Below the pieces are notes generated by a model. The model saw only the letters and a program-made list of their open reading frames with translations. It did not search any database and was not told where the DNA came from. Below, piece after piece: positions 34,867 through 45,394 of a stretch of DNA of 64,000 nucleotides. The stretch is from an uncultured Chthonomonadaceae bacterium (GTDB lineage: Bacteria > Armatimonadota > Chthonomonadetes > Chthonomonadales > Chthonomonadaceae): positions 1 to 64,000 of the forward strand of contig CAWFQB010000009.1 of NCBI GenBank assembly GCA_963817895.1, read 5' to 3'. The position numbers and the translations under genes are program-made. The stretch's first letter is position 1. Every line of letters begins with the position of its first letter.

Positions 34867-36181
34867 ATGGATGCCGCTATGAAATCCCGGCTTGAATCCG
34901 CAGGTTTTCATGCAACTACAGTTCAGGAACTTTTCGGCCTGACACCAGAGGAAAACGATTTGATAGAAACTCGGCTGGCAACAAATGAAGCGGCATCAAC
35001 GGCCTGTGTACGGCTGCGCGGGGCAATTACAAGCGCGAGCGCGGGACTGGTGGAGCGCGAGGCGCTGGTGGAAACCGTGATTCTGGCGGCGGTGGCGGGC
35101 GAACATCTGCTGGTTATCGGGCCGCCGGGAACCGCCAAGAGCGAGGCCGTCCGGCGCATCGCGCGGGCGCTCGGCGGGCACTACTTTGAATACCTGCTCG
35201 GACGCTTTACGGAACCCAATGAGGTGTTCGGGCCGGTGGATTTGCGGCGACTGCGCGAAGGCGTGGTGGAAACGCAAACGGCAGGCATGCTGCCCGAAGC
35301 CGACATCGCGTTTCTGGACGAGATTTTCCTCGGCTCAACCGCCATTCTGAACACGCTTCTCGGCCTGCTCAACGAGCGCGTGTTCCGGCGCGGGCATACG
35401 CGGCTGGCGTGTCCTCTGCGTATCTGCGTGGGCGCGTCCAACCGCCTGCCCGAAGACGAGATGCTGGCCGCGTTTGCCGACCGCTTTCTGGCGCGCGTGT
35501 ATCTCGATGCCATTCCCGACCCGCGCCTTGAGGAACTGCTGGAGGGCGGCTGGCAATTGTCCGGCGGGCAACAGGCCGAAGTGGGGACGGATGCCTCAAA
35601 CCCGCAATGGCAACGCCCATTGCGCCACGCTTGCCGATGTGGACGCGCTTGCCCGGATCGCGCTGGCTATGGACATGGCGCTGGTGCGTCCGCTTCTGGC
35701 GCAGGCGATCCGCCGATTGCGGCAGGCGGGCATTACGCTGTCCGACCGCCGCGCCGTTAAAATGCAAAAGCTGATTGCCGCCGCCGCCGCGCTGGATGGG
35801 CGAACCACGCCTGCGCCGGGGGATTTATGGCCGCTGATTCTGGCCGTGCCGACGCAGGAGCAGCAGGCATTGGCGCGCGAAATTCTGCGCGACCTGCTGG
35901 AACCGACGGCAAACGCCACCCTGCGCATGGCGGCGGAGGAAGCCTCGGCAGGCCCGCTTGCCCGCGCCGCCCGCCTTGCCCACGCCGGTCAAGCATTGCT
36001 GTCCAACCCGCCTGCGACAAACGCCCCGGCGGAAGAAGCGGAAGCATGGAAATTGCGTCTGGAAGGCATTGCCCGCGAAATTGATGCCGGGTTTACCCTC
36101 GAATCGATGCCTCAGGCTTTGGCCGAAGTTCGCGCGCGCATTGTAAAGGCATTGGAAGTGGAGAGTGGAGAGCAGCAATAG
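34867..36181 (+). CDS. MoxR/RavA family AAA+ ATPase of a beta-propeller ternary system (frameshift near 35600)
   Basis: GEHLLVIGPPGTAKS, FEYLLGRFTEPNEVFGP, FLDEIF, GASN, FADRF and LSDRR. Confidence 0.93.
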
Positions 36182-36242
36182 CCCCTTTCCTGGGACTCCG
36201 TCAAGGTAGAAGAGTAGAGTACGTTGTAGGGGTTCTGCTTGC

Positions 36243-36340
36243 TGAACCCTCCTCAACATTGGTTGAACCCTCCTCAATATTAGTTGAACCCTCCTCAGAC
36301 AGAGGGCGCAGCAAGCAATTGCAGAGGGCGCAGCAAGCAG
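36243..36340 (+). repeat. Intergenic tandem repeats (21 bp x ~2.7, then 22 bp x ~1.8)
   Basis: tgaaccctcctca occurs three times at 21-bp spacing; cagagggcgcagcaagca occurs twice at 22-bp spacing. Confidence 0.85.
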
Positions 36341-36437
36341 CGCCCCTACTGACTGTTCTACTTTGACGATGTACTGGCGCGTTGCGCGGCAAGGAGAGGG
36401 ATATGTCCACAAGTGGACGCCCGGTGAGGTTTTTAGC

Positions 36438-36885
36438 ATGAATAGTGAGAGCGGAACCAACGGCAGAATTGAAGTTATCTGGAATCCGCGCCCGGAACCT
36501 TTGACGCCATGCGGGGTTGCCGTTCGAGATGAGGCGGCGCGGGTTCTGGCGCGGCGACTGTTGACGCGCGGGCCGGAAGAATTGTCGCGCTTGCAGGGCG
36601 TTCATGCGCCCGGTCTGCTGGTGGTGATGGGAGAGGAGCAAGAGTTGCCCTGGGTGGATGGCAGCGTGTATCTGGGACGCGAACCGGGCGCGAACCGGCT
36701 GCTGATACCGACCACGCTGGCCTGCTCCGTGTCCCTGCCCCTGCTGGAACGCGCCTTGTGCCGACAGGTGGAAGCGTTTCAACTTGCCGCTTGCCCTTCT
36801 GCCCGCGTGGAACCGGATTATCAGTCTGGGCGCGGCGCGCGCTATCGCGCCCGAAACCCTGACCCGCTGGCTGGAGGAGAACCGC
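36438..36885 (+). CDS. bpX5-like protein of the MoxR-vWA-beta-propeller ternary system (3' end frameshifted; end approximate)
   Basis: W.PRPEPLTP.GVA...ARRLL...LQGV...LPWVDGSVYLG pattern; position downstream of MoxR. Confidence 0.7.
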
Positions 36886-36887
36886 TG

Positions 36888-38818
36888 ATGGAACTGCCCC
36901 GCGCCCTGATGCCCTGGGCGGAATGGCTCGATCTGTTTCCCGCGGAACTGATTGCCCCGATTGGCGAGTTAATACGCCGCCTTGATATGGCAATCGGCCC
37001 GTTGCACGCGAAGGGACAGCCGGGACAGGACGAACCCAACGGCTTTGACGGTATTGCGCGGCGGGGCGATTACGACCGCCTGCTGCTGTCGGAATGGCTG
37101 CTGGCGGACGAAGCGCCCGATGAGTTTCTGCGCCGCGCCACTATGAACGAACACGTTTTTCTGGAACCCGCCCGGATTGCGCCTGCGGGCGCGCGCTGCT
37201 CGGTTGCGCTGTTCGACGCGGGGCCAAACCAACTCGGCGCGCCCCGACTGGCGCACCTCGCCGCGCTGATCGTTCTGGCGCGGCGGGCGCAGGCCATCGG
37301 CGCGCAGTTTCATGGGGCATGCTGCAGGCGGAAGAGAGAAACCTGCGCCCGGAAGTGACGCGGGGCAGTCTATCCCATCTGCTCAAAGCCCGCAGCCTGC
37401 GCGAAGCGCGCGACGAAGACGTTGCCGCATGGCGCGTTCAGGCCAACTTCGCTTGTGGGAGTGGAAGACTGCTGGCTGATCGGCGGAAGCGGCTGCAAGG
37501 CTTGCCCGCGCCGCAGGGCGCGCGCCTGCTGCAAATATCCGACCCGCTCGATCCCGAATCGCAATTCCTTCATATTCGGATAATGCAAACCTCGTCGGCA
37601 AGCAGACAACCTCAATCAGGTAGACCAACTCTGCATATTCAGGACTCCCCTTCTCCCAGGTTTTTTGGGAGAAGGGGCTGGGGGTTGAGGGTAACATACG
37701 ACTGCCCCTGCCTTCCGGCGATATTTGCGCCCGCCTGCTGCGCGAGCCGTTTCATACGAAATCGCGTGGCGGAAATGCGCAAGGTGAAAATGGCAGAAAG
37801 CCGATCTCCAATCTGGTTTATATCAGCGAAAACCGCATCGTCGCCCGCACCGCCCCGGATCAGATCGTCGTGTTTTTTCCGCCCGGACACGCCGACCGGC
37901 AATCTCGCGAAACCGAAACTATACTCTTCCCCCTTGCCCGGAAACGCGCTGGCGGTGGGCAAAGTCGGCAAGGGCGTCGCGCTGATGACAACGACCGAAG
38001 AGGCTGACCAACTGCGTATCGTCCGGGTCGGGGCGCAAAACGGCAAGGCGCTGACGGGAACCTTCGCGTGGCCGTTTCCGCAAATTTCACCGATGGATGC
38101 CCACGACGCGTTGGCAACCGCCTACTACAAGCAGGACGCGACCGGAATGGGCTGCTGGAACATGACGCTCAACCATGTACAAATACAGGTGAGCGCGGGC
38201 AGCGAACCCGACACGCTGACGGCGCGTGTCGTAACTCCCAACAGGGCTTTCGCGCCGGTTTTACACGGCAATTTTCTGGTCGGCCCGGAAATGACAGGTA
38301 TTCGCATGGGGCTACAGGCGCAGCCGGCGTATGTTCCGGGCATATCAGGCGGGGATAAGGGTACGAGTATATACGGAGAGTTTCCCACCGCGCAAACGGC
38401 GCATTACGGGTTCGGCGGGCCGCTGTCGCATCCCGTTTATGGTTTATGGGCGCTGGAAATCACGCCGGGAGAATGGAAAATACTCCATCAGGATGAGAAC
38501 GGCAAGGAGGCGCAAACCGACGTATTCCTACAACAAGGGGGGAGCGTGGTCGGCGTTGTGGCCGTACCCGGAATTGAGGCGAGTGGATGCGGCCCCTCGC
38601 AGTATGCGTCCGCGCTGGTTGTGCTGGATATAACGGGCCGTATTCTGGGTCTACAGGGAAAAGGCTGGCAGCGTTGGGAACCGCCTGCCGCCGCGCCCAT
38701 CGCGCAAATTACGGCCAGCCCCTTTGAGCCGAATGTGGCGTATGTGACCCAACACGGCGAAGTGGTCGTTTACAGCCTGACGCGACGAACCGCCCTGTAT
38801 CGGCTGGACACGGAATAA
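36888..38818 (+). CDS. Degenerate vWA-like component with C-terminal beta-rich region (several frameshifts)
   Basis: GGAGGAG RBS + MELPRALMPW; GFDGIARRGDYDRLLLSEWLLADEAPDEFLRRA; ALFDAGPNQLGAPRLAHLA; LPLP...RLLREPF in an alternate frame. Confidence 0.75.
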
Positions 38819-38831
38819 TGCGCATAAAAAG

Positions 38832-38880
38832 CCCCTCTCCTGGCGAGGAACGAGCGGCCAGGAGAGGGGTTGGGGTGAGG
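38832..38880 (-). repeat. REP-like hairpin, same family as 29803-29852
   Basis: cccctctcctggc...gccaggagagggg stem followed by ttggggtgagg. Confidence 0.75.
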
Positions 38881-38881
38881 T

Positions 38882-41800
38882 ATGGAAACCGCGAACCACG
38901 CGAAACAAACGAAAAGAGCAGCAAAAACCACAAAGGCGGGGGTTCGTCCCCGCGAACTGGCGCATCGCGGCGTGGTGGACGCGGCGGGCTTGTTGTTTTC
39001 GCTGTCCACGACGGACGAAATGGAAGCGAAGCGGCGAATACTCCGTTTGTGGGTGGCGGGCGCGACAGTCCTGCGTATCTCAGACAGCCGGAACGCGGCG
39101 CGCGCGGAAACATTGCTGTTGAAATTGCCGAAACCGCTGCGCGTGAGTTGCTCATGTTCGCCCGGTATGCCGCTTGTCCCGCAGCATGGATTGCTTACGG
39201 CGCTGCCCCTGTCGGAAGGGGAAGCAGCGCGGCTGAACGCGCTTTCCAACTCGGTTGTCGTTGCGCAAGGCGGTACTGCAAGCGTGTTAGCCGTTGAAAA
39301 TGCCACTGTAGAAGACCCTGCTGACTGGCTGGACACCTCTGCATGGGAATGGACGCGGGCAGATTCGCTCGGCCTGCCTCCCCTTCCCATCCGCGACATT
39401 GCGGCAACATCGGAGTTTGACGCCCGCGCCCGGCTGGCGAAAGTGACGGGAGAAGACCCCGCGCGCCGGAGCGCAATCGAAGCCCTGCGACAGGCAATGC
39501 AGGGCAAGCGTGGCGGCAATGGCGAAAACACAACCGGCGCAGGGCAGAGCGGAACAAAGGGCAGTGGTATTGGAGCAGGCGGCGCGTCACCCCTCGGAAG
39601 TTTGCTGAACCGCCTGTTCGGGCAGAAGGGCGGCGCGTTGGGGTTGGGACCGGCGGCGGAAGAGCAAGGCCGAAACAGCCTGCTGGACGCGGCCAATCGG
39701 CTGGCGGCGCGATTCGCGATGCTGACCGGGCTTTCCAAACTCATTGGTCGCCATCAGGCCGAGTATATGAGACGCATGATGGACATGTTTGAGCGCGGCG
39801 ATTTCGAGCAGGCATTGCGTCACGCCATCGGCTTCAGCGATCTGGAAGGAACGGATGCGCCGCCCGCCCTGCGAACCCCAACCCCACGCGCCGACCTGAC
39901 GATTTCGCCGCAGTCCACGCCCGCAAGCGGGAGCATTGGCCTGCCGACCGAATGGACGGAGCATCTGCGCAAACTGTACCGGCAGGCGTTCGAGCGATTG
40001 GAAGGGGCGGGGCGCATTGAAGAGGCCGCGTTCGTGCTGGCGGAACTGCTGTCCGCGCATGAGGAGGCCGTCGGCTTTCTGGAAAAGCACAAATTGTTCA
40101 AACTGGCGGCGGAAATCGCCGAAGCGCGGAACCTGCCGCCCGGATTGGTCGTGCGGCAATGGTTTCTGGCTGGGGAAACCGCAAGGGCGGTACACATTGC
40201 GCGGCGAACAGGCGCGTTTGCCGATGCCGTTCTGCGATTGGAACGCAGCGATGATAAAAGGAGCGCGGCGCAATTACGCTGGCTGTGGGCGCAGTCGCTT
40301 GCCGAAGCCGGGAGCTATTATCAGGCGTTCGGAGTGGTCAAGCCCGCGCTCGATAATCTCCGGCAGCAAGCGGGGCGATGGGCGGAGATTCTGGAATGGC
40401 TGGACAAATCCGCCGCTCTGGGCGGCACGGTTGGCGCGGAAGCCCTCGCCTGTCAGTTCTGCCTGTTGACGGGCATGGACTACAACGCGCCTGACCCTGT
40501 TCGCGAACAAGCCCTGACATTGCTGGAAAGTGAGGACGAAGAAAACGCCCCGGCGCGGGTCGCCTTTGCCCGTGAACTGACGAACGGCGCGAACCTGCCC
40601 GCGATACAAACGCTGGCCCGCGCCGCCGTTCGCGCCTGCCTGCGAGATGTGGGCCTGGATTTCAACGCCAATCTGAACGCGGCGGATTACGCGCGTCTGC
40701 TGCAATTCGCGGACGATGCCGCGCTGCGGGCGGACGCGCCGCCCCTGCCCAAACCCACGCCTGCGCCTGCCACCCTTGCGCCGGTCGGGTTCCAATTTCC
40801 GGTTGAGGCGGCGGGTACGCTATCCATAACCGATGCCGCGTTTTTGCCCGATGGCCGGTGTCTTGCCGCGCTTGGCGAAATGGGGGTTCGGCTGCTCACG
40901 CGGGACGGGCGAACGGTCAGGCATTGGGACACGCCCGCGCATCAACTGGCCGTGTCGGATGCCGGGAACCGCGTTCTGGTTCTGTCCCGGCGCGGCGATT
41001 TGTGGCGGATTGCCCGACTGGATTTGACCACGCGCAAGTTAGAGGAATGGGGCGGGGCAAAGCTGGACACATTCGCCCCGGATTACGACGGCAGTTTGTG
41101 GTTTGTCGCTATGGACAAAGACTTTCTCGCGCTGGACGCCACTGCGGAAACTCCTGCCGCGTTATGGCGATTGCCCAATCTGGAGGGTAGAATCAGAGCC
41201 ATCGCCCGTTCGCCCCAACAGTGTTCGTTTCTGCTGTTTGCGGCGGGCGCGACGGATGAATGGGGCAAACCGGTTCCGCTGTGGACGCGGCTGGAAAAGT
41301 GGACGCACTCCCTGCCCGATTTGATGCTGCGCGAACGCGCCGAAGTAAAGCAGTTACCGGAACCGCCGCGCAGGGCAATGAATATGGGAGCGAAAGGGAA
41401 GAGTGTTTCGGCAGGAGCGCAGGCGAGTCCGCCCGCGCAACCCGGCGACTCGTTCCAGCAGAGCATTGCCGCCGGGGGCGACGTGTATCAATGGCAGGTG
41501 GAGGAGGTGGAAACACTGTCGGGCGATCCATCCGCGCCGCCTGCGTCCGCGAACAATAGCGCATGGCTCACCACCCTGCTGCGACCCTCTTTGCCCAACA
41601 GCGCGTCCGCGCCCACAACGTTTTACAGCGAACAGGTCATGGGCGATTACGCGATTCCCCTGCCGCCCCTTGCCGGGGAAAAGTGGCTGTGGGTCGCCAT
41701 TCGCCTGCCGGACGGCATCGAAGGCCGCCTGCTCACGCGCCCGCAGGGAGTGTTGAAAGCGAAATTTCAACTGCGCGATTCTTCTCAGGCCAGCGCCCGC

Positions 41801-41899
41801 TTCACGCCCACCCATTTAACGGTTGCCGATGACAAAGGCCGTCTGCTCGTACTCGAACTGGACACGCTCAAACTTGTTCGCGATTTACGTTTGTCGTAA
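38882..41899 (+). CDS. bpX6 domain protein with helical middle and C-terminal beta-propeller
   Basis: VRPR..HRGVVDAAGLLF...RRILRLWVAGA N-terminus; MFERGDFEQALRHAI and EEAAFVLAELL; WD-like C-terminus (DAAFLPDGRCLAALGE, VADDKGRLL). Confidence 0.8.
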   Translation: METANHAKQTKRAAKTTKAGVRPRELAHRGVVDAAGLLFSLSTTDEMEAKRRILRLWVAGATVLRISDSRNAARAETLLLKLPKPLRVSCSCSPGMPLVPQHGLLTALPLSEGEAARLNALSNSVVVAQGGTASVLAVENATVEDPADWLDTSAWEWTRADSLGLPPLPIRDIAATSEFDARARLAKVTGEDPARRSAIEALRQAMQGKRGGNGENTTGAGQSGTKGSGIGAGGASPLGSLLNRLFGQKGGALGLGPAAEEQGRNSLLDAANRLAARFAMLTGLSKLIGRHQAEYMRRMMDMFERGDFEQALRHAIGFSDLEGTDAPPALRTPTPRADLTISPQSTPASGSIGLPTEWTEHLRKLYRQAFERLEGAGRIEEAAFVLAELLSAHEEAVGFLEKHKLFKLAAEIAEARNLPPGLVVRQWFLAGETARAVHIARRTGAFADAVLRLERSDDKRSAAQLRWLWAQSLAEAGSYYQAFGVVKPALDNLRQQAGRWAEILEWLDKSAALGGTVGAEALACQFCLLTGMDYNAPDPVREQALTLLESEDEENAPARVAFARELTNGANLPAIQTLARAAVRACLRDVGLDFNANLNAADYARLLQFADDAALRADAPPLPKPTPAPATLAPVGFQFPVEAAGTLSITDAAFLPDGRCLAALGEMGVRLLTRDGRTVRHWDTPAHQLAVSDAGNRVLVLSRRGDLWRIARLDLTTRKLEEWGGAKLDTFAPDYDGSLWFVAMDKDFLALDATAETPAALWRLPNLEGRIRAIARSPQQCSFLLFAAGATDEWGKPVPLWTRLEKWTHSLPDLMLRERAEVKQLPEPPRRAMNMGAKGKSVSAGAQASPPAQPGDSFQQSIAAGGDVYQWQVEEVETLSGDPSAPPASANNSAWLTTLLRPSLPNSASAPTTFYSEQVMGDYAIPLPPLAGEKWLWVAIRLPDGIEGRLLTRPQGVLKAKFQLRDSSQASARFTPTHLTVADDKGRLLVLELDTLKLVRDLRLS

Positions 41900-41947
41900 G
41901 CGGCTCAACCTGAAATAAAGTAATAAAAACGGAGGCTAAAACCAACA

Positions 41948-42778
41948 ATGACGGAAACAACGCTCGATACGCCAAACCAACCGGCCCGTTCCGCAAAGGA
42001 GCAGTTCGACCGGCAGGCGGCGCACTACAACGCGCAATGGAATACATGGACGGAAACCACGCTCAACTGGCTGCTTTCTCATGCCGATTGCCGACTGGAG
42101 GATACGGCTCTGGATGTGGCGACGGGAACCGGATTTACCGCGCTCGCGTTCGCGCCCCATGTCGAATCCGTCGTCGGGCTGGATGTGTCTACGGGCATGC
42201 TGCAACAGGCGCAGATTCATCAGCAGGAGCGGGGCCTTGCCAATATTACGTGGCAGGAGGGCGCGGCGGAAAACCTGCCGTTTCCAGATGGGGCGTTTTC
42301 ACTGGTAACGTGCCGCGTCGCGCCCCACCATTTTCTCTCCATTGCGCAGTTTCTCTCGGAAGTGAAGCGCGTCCTGAAACCGGGCGGGCAATTCCTGCTG
42401 GCGGATACGTGCGTCCCGAACCTCGACGCGGAAGGCAGTGAAAACAACGCCGAAGCGGGCGCGTGGCAAAACCGTGTGGAAGCCCTGCGCGACCCGTCCC
42501 ATGTTCGCAATCTGTCCCCGCAGGAGTGGAAACGGGCTATTGAAACCGCCGGACTGACAGTTGCGGAACTGGAAGGGCCGGTAAGCGACATCGCCATTAC
42601 GCTCAACGACTGGATTGAAAAAGGCGGCGGCGGACCGGAACAGGCCGCCACTGTGCGTCGAGCGTTTGACGAGGCTTCCCCCGCTGTCAAAGAGACTTTT
42701 CACGTCCGCGCCCTGCCGGATGGGGATACCGCGTTTGTATGGCAGCGCGTCGTGGTCAAGGCTGTTAAAAACTCCTGA
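41948..42778 (+). CDS. Class I SAM-dependent methyltransferase (UbiE-like)
   Basis: LDVATGTG, AENLPFPDGAFSLV and RVLKPGG. Confidence 0.93.
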   Translation: MTETTLDTPNQPARSAKEQFDRQAAHYNAQWNTWTETTLNWLLSHADCRLEDTALDVATGTGFTALAFAPHVESVVGLDVSTGMLQQAQIHQQERGLANITWQEGAAENLPFPDGAFSLVTCRVAPHHFLSIAQFLSEVKRVLKPGGQFLLADTCVPNLDAEGSENNAEAGAWQNRVEALRDPSHVRNLSPQEWKRAIETAGLTVAELEGPVSDIAITLNDWIEKGGGGPEQAATVRRAFDEASPAVKETFHVRALPDGDTAFVWQRVVVKAVKNS

Positions 42779-42905
42779 AAGTCAAATATTGGCGCTATTG
42801 TGTCGCCATTTGACTTTCAGTGTGTTATCATAATTGCGCAGGCCACGCCGCCTGCTTTTCTTTTCCACGCACTTTTCCCGCGGGCTTTTAAGGAGTTCCT
42901 ACAAC

Positions 42906-44108
42906 ATGCGTTCTTCGGTTTCTCGCGCCTCTTTCCTGCGCCTCGCCGGTCTGCTCACCCTCGGCGGCGCGCTGTCGGGATTGGCGGTTTTGCCCGCCCG
43001 CGCGCAAATCGGCTTTTCCTTTATTGACATTGATCCTGCCATCACCGTGTACGGCTTCAACGATTCGCTGCAAGTGTATGGCACGGACGCAAACGGCAAC
43101 GTGGTTCGCAGTGGCCCCAACGCGCAGAATTTCGTCACGCTCGGTTCGCTCGATCCCAACTCCCCCAACAACTCGCCGTATGCCATCAACAACAGCGGGA
43201 TCGTGGCCGGCTTCGGCACAAATCCTAACGGGGACTCGCATGCTTTCGTCAGCGGCGGCAACGGACTGGTAGATATTGGAACGCTTGGCGACCAGATTGA
43301 TCCCGGTGGCGGGTATACCAGTTCCGCATCCGCCATCAACAAGTCAGGACAGGTGACAGGAACCAGCGATACCGTTGTTCAAAATGGAGCAACCTTCCCG
43401 CCGCGCCCCTCACACGCCTTTATTTACCAGAACGGCGTACTCACGGATCTGGGCGGTATTCCCAACGCGGACGATCCAACCGGCGCGACATTCAGCACGA
43501 CGGCCAACGGCATCAACGACGCGGGCAATGTGGTCGGCTACGGCGATACCAAAGTATCCAATGGCGCGACTGAGAGCCATGCGTTCGTGTATCACAACGG
43601 CCAGTATTTTACGCTTGGCACTCTCAACGACACGATCAGCAGCAACGCCTATGCCATCAACAATCTGGGGCAGATTGTCGGCGCTTCTACCTTTCAATTC
43701 GGCAACTCCAACATGCATGCGTTCGCGCATACCGGAACCGGTCCGCTGACGGCGGGCAACGACATCGGCACGTTCGGCGGCGATACCAGTTTCGCCTTTG
43801 AAATCAATGATTTGGGACAGGTCATCGGCGTTGCGGACGACGCCAATGGGGTGAGCCAGCAATTTTTATATCAGAACTCCACGATGTACAAAGTCAATGA
43901 TCTGCTGCCTGCCTACGCGGGTCTGACAGTTCAGGCCGTTTACGGAATTAACAACAACGGACAGTTACTGGGTTCCGGCGTGGACGCTTCCGGGCAGACT
44001 CGCTACTTCATACTATCCGTACCCGAACCCGGCAGCGTGGCGGCAATGGGCGTCGGGTGTTGGGTATTGGGCGTCGGGTTTCTCCGCCGCAAACGCAAAC
44101 TTCGTTGA
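42906..44108 (+). CDS. HAF-repeat extracellular protein with PEP-CTERM sorting signal
   Basis: AAGGAG RBS; repeated AINN.GQ.VG...HAF; C-terminal VPEPGS + TM + RRKRK. Confidence 0.93.
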   Translation: MRSSVSRASFLRLAGLLTLGGALSGLAVLPARAQIGFSFIDIDPAITVYGFNDSLQVYGTDANGNVVRSGPNAQNFVTLGSLDPNSPNNSPYAINNSGIVAGFGTNPNGDSHAFVSGGNGLVDIGTLGDQIDPGGGYTSSASAINKSGQVTGTSDTVVQNGATFPPRPSHAFIYQNGVLTDLGGIPNADDPTGATFSTTANGINDAGNVVGYGDTKVSNGATESHAFVYHNGQYFTLGTLNDTISSNAYAINNLGQIVGASTFQFGNSNMHAFAHTGTGPLTAGNDIGTFGGDTSFAFEINDLGQVIGVADDANGVSQQFLYQNSTMYKVNDLLPAYAGLTVQAVYGINNNGQLLGSGVDASGQTRYFILSVPEPGSVAAMGVGCWVLGVGFLRRKRKLR

Positions 44109-44133
44109 GATGCGCGCCTGTTTTTGATTTCGT

Positions 44134-45123
44134 CTACTTAACAGTCTCACTCGCGTTTGCGGGTGGGACTGTATTTTGTTTGGTCAGGGCGTTTTGGGGC
44201 AGGTACAGGCGGGCAAATTCGATAATGGCGTCCGCCAGTTTGTCCGCCGTGTCCTTACGCTTGTCTTTGTCGGTGTAGTCGCCGCCAAATTCCAACTGCA
44301 CGGCGTCCATGCCCACTTTGCGGCTGCCGTAGGTAAGCGTGATGTACCCGCCCGTAAAACCGGACTGCTCCTTGCTGTCATCGGTTGGAAAGATTTTACA
44401 TCTCCGCGCCGCCAGCAAACCCGCGAAACTCTCCGGGCCGCTTCGCGCCTTTTCGCCGTACCGTTCCACAAGCAGGCCGAGAGACTTGCCATTGCCCGTA
44501 CCCCGGAAAATGGTGTCCCGCTTCGCCCCCTGACCGTGAATATCCAGCAGCAGTCCCCGTCCCCATTTCTGCTTTACTTCCCCACAGAACCGCGCCAGAG
44601 TTTCGTGATAAGCGTCATACGCGGGTTTAGCGCCCGGAGCCTCGTAACCAATAGTGGGAGGACGGTTGACATCGGCGTACCGGCGGGCGAATTTCGCCAC
44701 GACAAGGTACGGCTTTTTGCCGGTTTTCGCTTCCAGAGCGGCAGACAGGGCAAGGGCGAGCCGATCCGTGTTGACATCGCGGACGGTGCGAAAGCCGCTT
44801 GGTCCGGCTTCCAGTCCTGCGCCGTTGCGCGCGTCCGCGCCCGGAATCGGCTGATCCCCGCCATGCGGCGCGGACAGGATAATGGGAATCTGCCCCTCCT
44901 GAATGGTAATCAGTTCCATGATACTTTTGGTTTGCGCATTGCTGGCCGGGGCTATCGCCGGGGAGGATTTCAATGCTGCTTTTGCCTCCTCCGGCTTCGC
45001 GCCCGTCTTCGGCTCCTGCGCTCCGGTCGGGGCAATCGCAAGCAGAAACGGGAGAAGCGCGGCCCCTTTATGCCGGAAAAACAATTTACCGGCAAAACAT
45101 AGTGGAGAAATAAAAGGATTCAT
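44134..45123 (-). CDS. N-formylglutamate amidohydrolase family protein, probably exported
   Basis: PIILSAPHGG, RRYADVNR, LLLDIHGQ, GGYIT and AVQLE. Confidence 0.85.
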   Translation of the reverse strand: MNPFISPLCFAGKLFFRHKGAALLPFLLAIAPTGAQEPKTGAKPEEAKAALKSSPAIAPASNAQTKSIMELITIQEGQIPIILSAPHGGDQPIPGADARNGAGLEAGPSGFRTVRDVNTDRLALALSAALEAKTGKKPYLVVAKFARRYADVNRPPTIGYEAPGAKPAYDAYHETLARFCGEVKQKWGRGLLLDIHGQGAKRDTIFRGTGNGKSLGLLVERYGEKARSGPESFAGLLAARRCKIFPTDDSKEQSGFTGGYITLTYGSRKVGMDAVQLEFGGDYTDKDKRKDTADKLADAIIEFARLYLPQNALTKQNTVPPANASETVK

Positions 45124-45394
45124 GACGATTCCTGTCGAAATAGAGCGAATAGTGACGGGCGGGCAACATTTAAAGGAGCAGAACCCGTCATAGATAGCGT
45201 ATTTCACAGTGGGAATGTGACCGATTTAACAACCGGATTATCGCTACGCAGGGTTTAATAATACCATCGAATTCGCGAGTTATCCAGATAGTGAATTGTT
45301 GTTGTAAATCATCAAATTCGTGGTATCCTGAAATCAGCAAACGCCGACGCGAAACCATTTGCCGGTCGGCGAACACAGGGGAGAAAGACGCGCT

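Noticed and set aside
36243..36340. Possible mini-CRISPR array
   Set aside because: Repeats are 13-18 nt with 4-8 nt near-identical spacers; no cas genes in the window.
36363..37358. bpX5-vWA fusion protein
   Set aside because: GGAGGAG RBS + ATG at 36888 and a garbled junction indicate two genes merged by a frameshift.
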